Shown here: piece by piece, positions 1-8,827 of the stretch
How the letters are laid out: every line of letters begins with the position of its first letter
How positions within the stretch are numbered: position 1 is the first letter of the stretch
From: Myxococcota bacterium
GTDB taxonomy: Bacteria > Myxococcota_A > SURF-8 > G963663525
Direction of reading: 5' to 3'
Assembly (NCBI GenBank): GCA_963676915.2
Contig: CAXXVK010000035.1
Coordinates: 1-64,000 of the forward strand
DNA length: 64,000 nt
The notes under the pieces: generated by a model
What the model saw: the letters and a program-made list of their open reading frames with translations, nothing else
The model's database searches: none
Told to the model about the DNA's origin: nothing
Program-made: the position numbers and the translations under genes

Positions 1-2
1 AC

Positions 3-518
3 GTTCACCGGCTGGAGTTGGACCGCTTCGATTACCTCAACGACGATCTGACCTTGACGCTTCGTGAAATGGTGGCGTTGGAGGATTTTTCGGAAGACGC
101 CTCCTGGATTCAATCGCGTTTCCGGGGACGGGCGGGAAAAAAGAAGATCGAACAATCGCTTACGCAGCTTGTAAATATGGGCTTGTTGGCCCGCAACGAA
201 GACGGGAAGCTGAAAGCGACCCACTCGCATCAACACGCTTCGGGCGATATCGCGAACGTCGCGTTGCGAAGTTTTTACAAGCGTATGTTTTCCAAAGCAT
301 CCGCCGCATTGGAGATGAGCCGCGACGAACGGTATATGGGCGGCTACACGCTGACGCTCTCGCCGGAAGCTTACGAACAAGTTACCGAAATCCTGCAGGA
401 TTCCATGAAAAAAATCCGGCGCATCGTAGATGAAGACGATGCGCCGGACAATGTGTACCAAATGGTTTTTGCCCTGTTTCCCCTGACTCGTTCCGACGAC
501 GATGGCGGGAAGCACTAG
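3..518 (+). CDS. TIGR02147-family (DUF4423) protein, 5'-truncated at window edge
   Basis: Frame is open to the window edge. Family-typical motifs: 'LREMVAL..F.ED..WI..R', 'L..LGLL.RNEDGKL', 'ERYMGGYTLTLS', and C-terminal 'VYQMVFALFPLT'. Confidence 0.8.
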   Translation, partial: VHRLELDRFDYLNDDLTLTLREMVALEDFSEDASWIQSRFRGRAGKKKIEQSLTQLVNMGLLARNEDGKLKATHSHQHASGDIANVALRSFYKRMFSKASAALEMSRDERYMGGYTLTLSPEAYEQVTEILQDSMKKIRRIVDEDDAPDNVYQMVFALFPLTRSDDDGGKH

Positions 519-534
519 GAAGGGAAGGTTGAAG

Positions 535-3500
535 ATGTCGAAGTATATGAAATTTCAAAAAACAATCCTGTTGTTGGGCTTGTTGGTGGGGCTTTCGGTT
601 TTGTGGGGGTGCAGCCAATCGGAAAGCGCGTTGTCGGGTCCGCAGGCAGACAACGACGCTACCCCCTCCTCCGAAGAAGCCGACACCTCCGATGAAGTTC
701 TGGAAATGATCATTCGCGGCACGGGAACGACCGAAGGTAACCCAGCCATCGTTGTGATCGGTTTCGGCGAACGTCCCACAGACCCGAAAATCGAGCGTAG
801 TATGGAATGGAATCGCGTGGATTTGCGCATCAATGGAGCGTTTTTGGCGTCCAGCGATCAGTGCGATACCGAACACGGCTCGGTTCTGCAGAGCCATTCC
901 GGGGTGTTCGATTTTTCGCTGGTCGGAACGGAAAGCAAGCGAATCCGCATGTTTACCGAACCGACGCTCGAATATTGCTCGCTCGATTTCAGCCTGGACG
1001 ACAGTGACAACGCCGTGATCCTGGAAGGCGAGCATGACAACGGCACGATCCGCAGCCTCCATACCCACCTGAACGGTCAACTGCCGTTCGCCCCGGTCGG
1101 GGGACGTTTTGCGTGGGATGAATCCCAGCGGGAGCACTGGATTGTCGTGTTCGACCCCGACAAGCTGCCCGAAGACGACAGCAACGAGAACCTGGCGCTC
1201 GACGACAGCAGCAATCCCGTGCAATTGCAGCGCTGGCGGGAAGCGTTCGTCGGTGCGCTCGGTGTTTACCGGGATCTCGACGAAAACGGCCTGATCGACG
1301 AAAACGAGCTGACCGACGCCAACCTCGTCGCTCTGGGTGATCCCACACGTTTAAGCGCTACCTGGTCCGGTGGGGATCTGACTCCGATTCCCAGCGATGA
1401 CACGGGCGTTTTCGTGGCGGCTTCCCCGATCGGCAACGACGACGCACCCGGCACGATGCAACAGCCGGTAGCGACGATCGGTCGCGCTGTGGAACTGGCT
1501 AGCATCTCTAAATCCATCTTCGTGGCAGGGGGAGAATATCCAGAAGCCGTGACGACCATGACTTCTATGTATGGCGGCTACGAGGCCGACACCTGGACTC
1601 GCAACACCGGTGCGCATCCTTCCGTGATCGCCGCCCAGCTAGTCGATGAGGCCGATGTCGGCCTGATGGTAGGTGACATCACCTCGGCGAGTATCACAAT
1701 CAACAACACGGTATCGGATCGTCGTATCACGATCCAGGGATTTACGGTCATCGCGCCCGTTGGAGCGGAAGATATCGAAGAATCCATCGGTATCGCCGTG
1801 CTCAATAACACCTGGACGGTACTGGCCGACAACCTTGTCTATACCGATTCCAGCCTGACGTATAACAGCGTTACCGGTATCCGAGTCCTTCGTACCAGCG
1901 ACACCCGGCTGCTGAGCAACCGCATTTCGATGAGCCATGCCGCACAGGCCAAAGGTATTTCGTTGGACGAAAACGTTACGGCTCGACTGGAAGACAACCA
2001 AATGAGTCTCCAGAACAACACGAGCGAAACCGGACTCTATGCCACATCGCCCCGATTCATCTCGTTGCGGCGCAACCTCATCACCAGCTTTGGTCCGGCC
2101 GAAATGTCGAACCTTCTGCACTTCGGAGGCGGCTGCGAGTACGGTTGCCAGGTGGAAGCCGCCAACAACCTATTCCTTAATGAAGCGCTTTGCGGCAGTG
2201 CCTGCCCGATGGTCCGGGTGGAAAGCATTCCCTGCACGCTCGCCAACAACAGTTTTTGGGGATCGGGCAGCGCTGGAAGCCTGATCGTCGAATTCCAGGG
2301 CGAAGGCAACATGACGTTTGCCAACAACATCTTCCGCATCGCTCCCGCTACCTCGTCGGATACAGGAAGTCAGAGCGTATTCAAGACCGGTTCGATGGTG
2401 CAATTGACCGCCTACAACAACCTGTTCCATCTGCCGGATCAGACAGACGTAGCCTTCGTGCAGGGCACCTCTTCGACCACACTTGTGGATTCGGTTGCTG
2501 CGCTCAATGCCTGCTCCTGGAACGGCTGCACCTTTGCCGGAGGTAACCTGGCGGGCGATCCTCTCCTGGTCGATGTTTCCAGCGGAGATTTCCACCTTCA
2601 ACCTGCAAGTCCTTGCATCGATTCCGCGATGGACCCGCTACTTGTCGGGATACGCATCTGGAGCGACGCCGACGGCATCACGCGACCCCGTGGCGAAGGC
2701 TACGACATCGGCCCGTTCGAGTACGACGGCGACCCCAATCAGCACGAGTGCCCCGAGGTGGTCAACGAATGCCTGCGCCGTCCCACGATCTGCCGCGATA
2801 ACGCTATCTACCAATGCCAGGAACACTACGACGCTTTCAACTGCCTCGTTTCGACCGACTACGAGGATGCTTCGCCGGTCGATTGCGGGTCCGATCGCTG
2901 CTTCGACGAACCGCCTTCGGGGGTATCCGCCGAACTGATGGCGATCTGCCTGGAAGAATGCACGCCCTGCGATGTTTCCGGTGCGCTGCTGTGCCTCGAC
3001 AACGCTGCGGGCGGCTGCCGCCAGTGGAATTGCATCGACGGATGCCGGACCCTGACCCTCGACACCCCGGATGACACCATGCATTGCAGCCGTGAAAACA
3101 ATGCCATCTGCGTTTCCGACAATTCTTGCGGTCCGGTGCTTTCGGTGCAACCCGAGTCCATTGATTTCGGTTGCGTCCCAGAAGAGAATACCGTTCGCAA
3201 ACTCGTTACGATGTCCAACGTCGGCACGGCAGACATCACGATCCATTCGATCAACTTTGCTGACAGTTTCGGCGCCACAGGAGCACGTCTGGAGATTCAG
3301 GGTATTTCACTACCGCTGCTTCTTTCTCCAGCCGAAGCCAAAAACTTTTATGTTGTCGTAATTCCAGGAGAAAACCAAGAAGGATTGTACGAAAACATGG
3401 TACGGATTTTAAGCTCGGACTGTGAACGGCCGGTTCGTGATATTCAAGTAATACAAGACTGCCGGATCGACGCGCTTTGCACCGATCAGCCCGACGGTTC

Positions 3501-4806
3501 GGCTTGCGACGACGGCGATGTCTGCACGGTCAATGATGCCTGCTCGGCCGGGGTATGTGTCGGTGTGCCGCTCAATTGCGACGACGACAACCCCTGCACC
3601 GACGACGCCTGCAATGCCTCCGGCGGTTGTTTCCACACGAACAACAATGCGGCTTGCGACATTGGAAATCCCTGTGCCATGGGAGAATGTCGGAACGGCG
3701 ATTGCATGGAAACAGCCGATCCCGATTGCAACGATAACAACCCCTGCACCGACGACTATTGCTCTCAGGAAACGGGTTGCTATCATGAGATAGCACCCGA
3801 CGGGACAACCTGCACCTCGGAAAGAATCTGCCAGGACGGTGTATGTGAAGCGAGTTGCACCAACGACGAGGACTGCCAGGACGAGCACGCCTGTACCACG
3901 GATGTTTGCGATCTGGCCAGCGGATATTGCCGCCACTCGACCGATGCACTGTCCTGCGATGATTCCAACGTCTGCACCGAAGATTTCTGCGATCCGCTCG
4001 ACGGCTGCCTGCATCTCTACAGCGAAACGCTGTGTCCCGAAAACATCTGCCCCACAGTTTCCGCTCCTGAGCCTGAAGTACGGGAATGTACCGTAGGCGA
4101 TAGACTCGCTTTATACGGTCCAATCAGCACCGATCCAGATGGCACGATCGTGGAAGGCCATTGGGAAATCGTCGAACAACCGGAAGGTAGCCAAATAGAA
4201 ATGACACCTATGGATCCGGAATTCCATAACGTCCTCGTGACAACGGATGTTGAAGGAACGTACCGATTCGCCTACTCGGTTCGGGATAACGACAACTGCT
4301 GGTCCGAACCGGTGGAAGTGGTTCTGCTGGCGGTCGATGACAGCCCTTACCGTTTAATTCTCGATCTAGAGTACGATCAAGGAGAAAGCTCCGATCTATC
4401 CACCAATCTTGTGGATTTGGATCTGGGCGTAATATCCCCTGATGGCTATCGCTGCTCCGTGGATTTGATCAATAGTATAAACTCCTGCACGTTTCCCAAT
4501 GGTTGTGGTGCAATGTGGGCGTTTTCCCAATCGACGATAGATGGAAAAGTCATAAAACGATTCTTGGTAAACCAATACTGTGAAGGTGCTTGGAACTACA
4601 ATGTTGCTCTTTTAAACGACTGTGATGACTGGGTAGATATCTTTGTCACACCATTCTGTGCCCATCATACCGTTGTTGATTATACGTTGAGCCTGTATCA
4701 GGTCTCTCCGAGTCTGGAAGAACCGATACATGTCTTCGAAGGAACATTGGATGGACAGGGAGATATGGACAACAATGTTCTCACCCTTCCGCTTTCCGAA
4801 CCGTAA
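535..4806 (+). CDS. Large modular lipoprotein: parallel beta-helix (DUF1565/choice-of-anchor Q-like), Ig-like (choice-of-anchor D-like), Cys-rich repeats, PKD-like domain
   Basis: Lipobox LWGC after a hydrophobic signal; 'GNDDAPGT..QPVATI..AV', 'GDFHLQPASPCID', 'DIGPFEY'; repeated 'CDDxNPCTxDxC'; 'STDPDGTIV..HW'. ATG 535 chosen because of the upstream AGGAAGG RBS (ORF track starts at 502). Confidence 0.8.
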   Translation: MSKYMKFQKTILLLGLLVGLSVLWGCSQSESALSGPQADNDATPSSEEADTSDEVLEMIIRGTGTTEGNPAIVVIGFGERPTDPKIERSMEWNRVDLRINGAFLASSDQCDTEHGSVLQSHSGVFDFSLVGTESKRIRMFTEPTLEYCSLDFSLDDSDNAVILEGEHDNGTIRSLHTHLNGQLPFAPVGGRFAWDESQREHWIVVFDPDKLPEDDSNENLALDDSSNPVQLQRWREAFVGALGVYRDLDENGLIDENELTDANLVALGDPTRLSATWSGGDLTPIPSDDTGVFVAASPIGNDDAPGTMQQPVATIGRAVELASISKSIFVAGGEYPEAVTTMTSMYGGYEADTWTRNTGAHPSVIAAQLVDEADVGLMVGDITSASITINNTVSDRRITIQGFTVIAPVGAEDIEESIGIAVLNNTWTVLADNLVYTDSSLTYNSVTGIRVLRTSDTRLLSNRISMSHAAQAKGISLDENVTARLEDNQMSLQNNTSETGLYATSPRFISLRRNLITSFGPAEMSNLLHFGGGCEYGCQVEAANNLFLNEALCGSACPMVRVESIPCTLANNSFWGSGSAGSLIVEFQGEGNMTFANNIFRIAPATSSDTGSQSVFKTGSMVQLTAYNNLFHLPDQTDVAFVQGTSSTTLVDSVAALNACSWNGCTFAGGNLAGDPLLVDVSSGDFHLQPASPCIDSAMDPLLVGIRIWSDADGITRPRGEGYDIGPFEYDGDPNQHECPEVVNECLRRPTICRDNAIYQCQEHYDAFNCLVSTDYEDASPVDCGSDRCFDEPPSGVSAELMAICLEECTPCDVSGALLCLDNAAGGCRQWNCIDGCRTLTLDTPDDTMHCSRENNAICVSDNSCGPVLSVQPESIDFGCVPEENTVRKLVTMSNVGTADITIHSINFADSFGATGARLEIQGISLPLLLSPAEAKNFYVVVIPGENQEGLYENMVRILSSDCERPVRDIQVIQDCRIDALCTDQPDGSACDDGDVCTVNDACSAGVCVGVPLNCDDDNPCTDDACNASGGCFHTNNNAACDIGNPCAMGECRNGDCMETADPDCNDNNPCTDDYCSQETGCYHEIAPDGTTCTSERICQDGVCEASCTNDEDCQDEHACTTDVCDLASGYCRHSTDALSCDDSNVCTEDFCDPLDGCLHLYSETLCPENICPTVSAPEPEVRECTVGDRLALYGPISTDPDGTIVEGHWEIVEQPEGSQIEMTPMDPEFHNVLVTTDVEGTYRFAYSVRDNDNCWSEPVEVVLLAVDDSPYRLILDLEYDQGESSDLSTNLVDLDLGVISPDGYRCSVDLINSINSCTFPNGCGAMWAFSQSTIDGKVIKRFLVNQYCEGAWNYNVALLNDCDDWVDIFVTPFCAHHTVVDYTLSLYQVSPSLEEPIHVFEGTLDGQGDMDNNVLTLPLSEP

Positions 4807-4854
4807 TCCTTCACACCCGCCGAGGACCGGCCTAGCCGGTCCTTCGTCCCCTCG

Positions 4855-4892
4855 CCCCCCCCGAACGTCGAATCGTTTCGGGGGGTATTTTT
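4855..4892 (+). terminator. Probable intrinsic terminator between convergent genes
   Basis: CCCCCCGAACG...CGTTTCGGGGGG stem followed by TATTTTT; a second hairpin GGACCGGC-cta-GCCGGTCC lies just upstream. Confidence 0.6.
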
Positions 4893-4969
4893 GTGGGAAA
4901 TGTCGGCCCATTAGATTGAAAACAAGGATTTTATGCACTACCCCGCTTCAGGGTTCGTTCCAATCCCCA

Positions 4970-6130
4970 TTACGGTACGTTTGCCAGCGGAAGCGTCAGG
5001 CAAAAACAGCTTCCCTTGCCTTCACCTTCACTTTGAGCCAACAAGTCACCCCCCATCCGTCGTGCCAACTCCCGAGAAATCGACAACCCCAGGCCGCTTC
5101 CGTGTCGCACCGTCTGGCCGTTGCGCACCGAACGATAAAACGGCTGAAAAATCTTCTTGAGGTCTTCGGGAGCGATGCCGATACCCCGATCCACGACCTT
5201 GACACGTGCCTTGTTTTCCCAGCGTTCCACATGCAGTTCGATATCCGTTCCGCCGTATTTGCGGGCGTTGTCCAGTAGATTTTCCAGAATTGTGCGCAAG
5301 GCGTCCGGGTCGGCTCGTACCTGCACGTCGTCTCCGGGATGTATTTCCTGACGAAGATCCTCGCCTTCTTCCTCCCGATGCCGGATAACCTGCTCGACGC
5401 ATTCCCTTAAGGAAAACTCTTCGACACCCAATGCAGTGTTCGTGCGCCGCAAACGGTTGCGCGTCAACAGATTTTCGACCATGTGCTCCAACCGGACGGT
5501 TTCTTTCAGCCCCATCGAAATCAGCGCATCACGCTGCTCGTCATCGATACGACCCATCTGCATCGACTGGAACAGCGCCTTGACGCCCGTAATCGGAGTT
5601 TTCAATTCGTGTGTGGTCGTGGCAACGAAAAGATCGATTTCCTGGAACGACCGCCGCTTGACCGCCACGAGGCGGAACAGCATGAAGACGAGAATTCCGA
5701 TCAGGGTCATCAGTAAGCCGCCCTCGCCCGAAATCATGAAGTATTGCCGTTCGTAGCGTTTTCGAAGGGCTTCGTACCAGGAAGGATCGACCCGAACCCC
5801 CTTGGTCGGCCATCGCGGGCCAAGGGGTAACACATCTTTGGACGCCTCCAACGGTACAATAACCAAGCCGGGATGCCCCTCAACCGGACCGAGGGACGGT
5901 TCAGCCTCTCCATTCCCCAAAGCGACAGCCACGGAGAGTGCTCCCAGCTCCATGCGGTCGGCTCGGCAGCGGTAGTTTTCATCGATGGAACGGCGAAGGA
6001 AGAAAATCCACCAGATCGCCAACGCAAGCAAGGCGATCAGCGCGAGCGCAAAAAGGATCTGGTAACTGTGTTCCGCCATCCACTCGAAGCGTGAACCGAA
6101 ACGCCGTTGAAAATTTGTACCCTTCCCCAC
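4970..6130 (-). CDS. Membrane sensor histidine kinase (HisKA + HATPase), no adjacent response regulator
   Basis: Two TM segments, H-box 'THELKTP', N-box 'NLLDNARKY', G1 'DRGIGI', F 'IFQPFY', G2 'GSGLGL'. Confidence 0.92.
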   Translation of the reverse strand: MGKGTNFQRRFGSRFEWMAEHSYQILFALALIALLALAIWWIFFLRRSIDENYRCRADRMELGALSVAVALGNGEAEPSLGPVEGHPGLVIVPLEASKDVLPLGPRWPTKGVRVDPSWYEALRKRYERQYFMISGEGGLLMTLIGILVFMLFRLVAVKRRSFQEIDLFVATTTHELKTPITGVKALFQSMQMGRIDDEQRDALISMGLKETVRLEHMVENLLTRNRLRRTNTALGVEEFSLRECVEQVIRHREEEGEDLRQEIHPGDDVQVRADPDALRTILENLLDNARKYGGTDIELHVERWENKARVKVVDRGIGIAPEDLKKIFQPFYRSVRNGQTVRHGSGLGLSISRELARRMGGDLLAQSEGEGKGSCFCLTLPLANVP

Positions 6131-6397
6131 GAATGTCCTCCCGATCGAAAACCCTTGCTCTCGGTTACTTTCATGAAATTATTCACATCCTTTAGGGAGA
6201 GGCAAGAGAAAGCGAAGCGCCATCGCAAAACCCGTCAAGGGAACAACAAACAACAGTGAAATTTTCCCCTCCCAACATTGAGATTTCCAGCACTTGACGC
6301 TAAACTGAAAAGGTTTTAAGAACAAGAATCACCCCGGTTGCATCTAGGACCGATTCATGGACCGGGACATTTTCCCTTTTCGACACAGGATGTTACC

Positions 6398-6958
6398 GTG
6401 AAGTATTGCCCGATCTGTCGTTCCGAGTTTCACGATGTCGCCACCCATTGTCCCAATTGCGAGACGGACCTCGTGGAGAGTCTGGAACAGGCCCGTCCAG
6501 TGATGACCGAAGACGAGATTTCCGCGTGGCTGTCCCAACGCAAGACCCTCGCGCTTTCTGCATCGGGATACGACAACCTGAAATCCGTCAAGGAATCGTT
6601 GATCAACGCCCACATTCCCTGCCTGATCGCCCGTGACGTCCCGGACTCCGGGTGTTGTGCAACCGGAGGATGCGGACAAAACGACGGATTTTTGCTGATT
6701 CTGGCCGAGGAAGACCTCGAAGAAGCCCAAAATCTATTCGAAAAACACCGCGAACGCATGATTCGCACCGTTGATGCTCCCGATGCACAAAAAGCGGCCG
6801 ATTCTATTGTTGATCTGGGTAGCGGGGGAGACATCCAATGTCCCGCCTGCGGAACCACGTTCGCCTCCGGCACGGAGGAATGCCCGGAATGCGGCCTGTA
6901 CGTCGGCGTCCCGGAAGGTCTGTTCGATGATGACGACGACGAGGAAGAGGCGGAGTAA
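6398..6958 (+). CDS. Double zinc-ribbon protein with a DUF2007-like middle domain
   Basis: N-terminal CPIC...CPNC, C-terminal CPAC...CPEC, central CC-x4-C, acidic tail; GTG 6398 preceded by CAGGA. Confidence 0.7.
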   Translation: MKYCPICRSEFHDVATHCPNCETDLVESLEQARPVMTEDEISAWLSQRKTLALSASGYDNLKSVKESLINAHIPCLIARDVPDSGCCATGGCGQNDGFLLILAEEDLEEAQNLFEKHRERMIRTVDAPDAQKAADSIVDLGSGGDIQCPACGTTFASGTEECPECGLYVGVPEGLFDDDDDEEEAE

Positions 6959-7010
6959 ATGCAGCCGGGGGCGGAACGAATAATCTTTCGAGCGACGAGA
7001 AAGCAGAAAG

Positions 7011-7391
7011 ATGACGCCTTCAATCGAACATAGAGTTTCCGATCGAATCGATTTGAAAATCGAAATCGGTCTGGGATCACCGAACAACTTTTTCACCGGC
7101 TATTCCCTGAATATTTCGCATGGAGGGCTTTTTGTCGCCACGCATCTCCCCGAAGCGATAGGAACCCTTCTGGTGCTACATTTTATGTTGCCGGAAACGG
7201 GACGCGAAATCCATACCACGGCAAAAGTCGCCTGGGTTCAGGAATTCAACCCCATGCACGCCGAGACCCAACCCGGTATGGGACTGCGGTTCATCAATCT
7301 ATCTCCGAAAGATCAAGACGACGTGAACGAGTATATCCAGAACCGTCAGGAACCGATTTTCCATCCCAGCGACGACAGCGAGCTTCCCTGA
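7011..7391 (+). CDS. PilZ-domain protein (TIGR02266-like)
   Basis: RxxxR ('RVSDR') and NxSxGG ('NISHGGLFV'), plus 'PGMGLRF'. Confidence 0.88.
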   Translation: MTPSIEHRVSDRIDLKIEIGLGSPNNFFTGYSLNISHGGLFVATHLPEAIGTLLVLHFMLPETGREIHTTAKVAWVQEFNPMHAETQPGMGLRFINLSPKDQDDVNEYIQNRQEPIFHPSDDSELP

Positions 7392-7598
7392 ATTCCGTCG
7401 CAAAATCCTATTTGATATGAATCGTTTGCCTCGGTTTGGCGTGTTTTGGGCTGGTTTAGTACCGTCAGGTTCGTTCGATACCTTTTTTTCATAACCTTCA
7501 TGCGGCGATTTCTCTTCTCACTCCCCTCGTTCGGAGTATAATTCGAATCAATTTCATGGGGACGGTCTGGATTCGTCACGAAAACAAGCGAGGGTGCG

Positions 7599-8756
7599 AT
7601 GCATTTCCAGTTGACCGAAGAACAACAGATGGTTCAGGACATGGCCAAGCGGTTCGCCGAACAGGAAATCGCACCGACGGTGGCCGAGGAAGAACGCAAG
7701 CACGAATTCAAGATCGAACGTGTGGCGAAAATGGGCGAGCTGGGGTTTTTCTCCTGTGCGCTCCCCGACGAACTGGGCGGCAACGGCATGGGCTTTTTCG
7801 AGTCGGTGCTGATGGCCGAGCAGATCGCGAAAGTGTCGGCCTCGTGGCGGTTGCCGTTCAATATGCAGAATCTGGGTCCAGCGCTGACCGTTGCCCAATT
7901 CGGCAACGACGAGCAAAAAGAACGCTATCTCCCCGGCTGGATCGACGGCACCAAGATGGGCTTTTTCTCCATCACCGAAGCCAATTCCGGCTCCGATGTC
8001 GCCAGCATGAAAACCTATGCCATCGACAAAGGCGACCACTGGGAGTTGCATGGCTCGAAAATCTGGACCTCCAACGCCCACGTCGGTGACGCCGGGTTGC
8101 TGTATGCGGTCACCGACAGGGGAGCCGGACATAAAGGGATCAGTTGTTTCATTCTCGAACCCAAAAATCTCGAAGGTTGCCTTGCGCTGCCCATCGAAAC
8201 CAAACTCGGACTGCATTGCGCTCCAACCGGAGAATTCGCCTTCGACGGAGCGAAACTACCCAAAAGCGCCATGCTTGGAAAACCGGGCGACGGTTTCAAA
8301 ATCTGCATGTGGCAGTTGAACAACACCCGGCTGGGTTGCGCCGCCGGAGCGCTTGGAATCGCCGGAGGTTGCCTGGATCTGGCCATCGATTACGCCAACG
8401 AACGCACGCAGTTCGGCAAGCCGATTTCCAAGCATCAAATGGTGCAGGCGCAGATCGCCGAAATGGTCGCCGAACATCAGGCCGCGCAACTGTTGGTTTA
8501 TCGAGCCGCCTGGACCAAAGACCAGAAACTGCCCAACCAGTACGAAACATCGGTTGCCAAATATTTCGCGTCCGAGGCCGCTGTCCACGCTGCCAACGAA
8601 TGCATGAAAATCTTCGGTTCCTACGGATTTTCCACCGAATACCCGGCCGAACGCTTTTACCGTGACGCCAAATCCCTGCAAGTGGTAGAAGGCACCTCCA
8701 ACGTCCAGAAACTCATCATTTCGGGCATCGCCTGCGGGTTTACCTCGAATCGGTAA
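7599..8756 (+). CDS. Acyl-CoA dehydrogenase, resembling non-decarboxylating glutaryl-CoA dehydrogenase
   Basis: 'ITEANSGSDV', 'GSKIWTSN', 'RTQFGKPI', 'YGFSTEYPAERFYRDA', 'VVEG'; 'WRLPFNM' resembles the carboxylate-binding segment of the Desulfococcus enzyme. Confidence 0.88.
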   Translation: MHFQLTEEQQMVQDMAKRFAEQEIAPTVAEEERKHEFKIERVAKMGELGFFSCALPDELGGNGMGFFESVLMAEQIAKVSASWRLPFNMQNLGPALTVAQFGNDEQKERYLPGWIDGTKMGFFSITEANSGSDVASMKTYAIDKGDHWELHGSKIWTSNAHVGDAGLLYAVTDRGAGHKGISCFILEPKNLEGCLALPIETKLGLHCAPTGEFAFDGAKLPKSAMLGKPGDGFKICMWQLNNTRLGCAAGALGIAGGCLDLAIDYANERTQFGKPISKHQMVQAQIAEMVAEHQAAQLLVYRAAWTKDQKLPNQYETSVAKYFASEAAVHAANECMKIFGSYGFSTEYPAERFYRDAKSLQVVEGTSNVQKLIISGIACGFTSNR

Positions 8757-8773
8757 GTTCCTGTATTTTCCAT

Positions 8774-8804
8774 AAAAAAGTCGGGTGCTTCTTCACCCGA
8801 CTTT
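8774..8804. terminator. Bidirectional terminator-like hairpin
   Basis: AAAAAAGTCGGGTG-cttctt-CACCCGACTTT between the convergent acyl-CoA dehydrogenase gene and typA. Confidence 0.7.
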
Positions 8805-8827
8805 CATCTTTGAATGGATTCAAGGGC

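Noticed and set aside
3500-4010. Periodic DNA repeats resembling a CRISPR array
   Set aside because: They are degenerate in-frame repeats encoding Cys-rich protein modules; there are no identical repeats with spacers and no cas genes.
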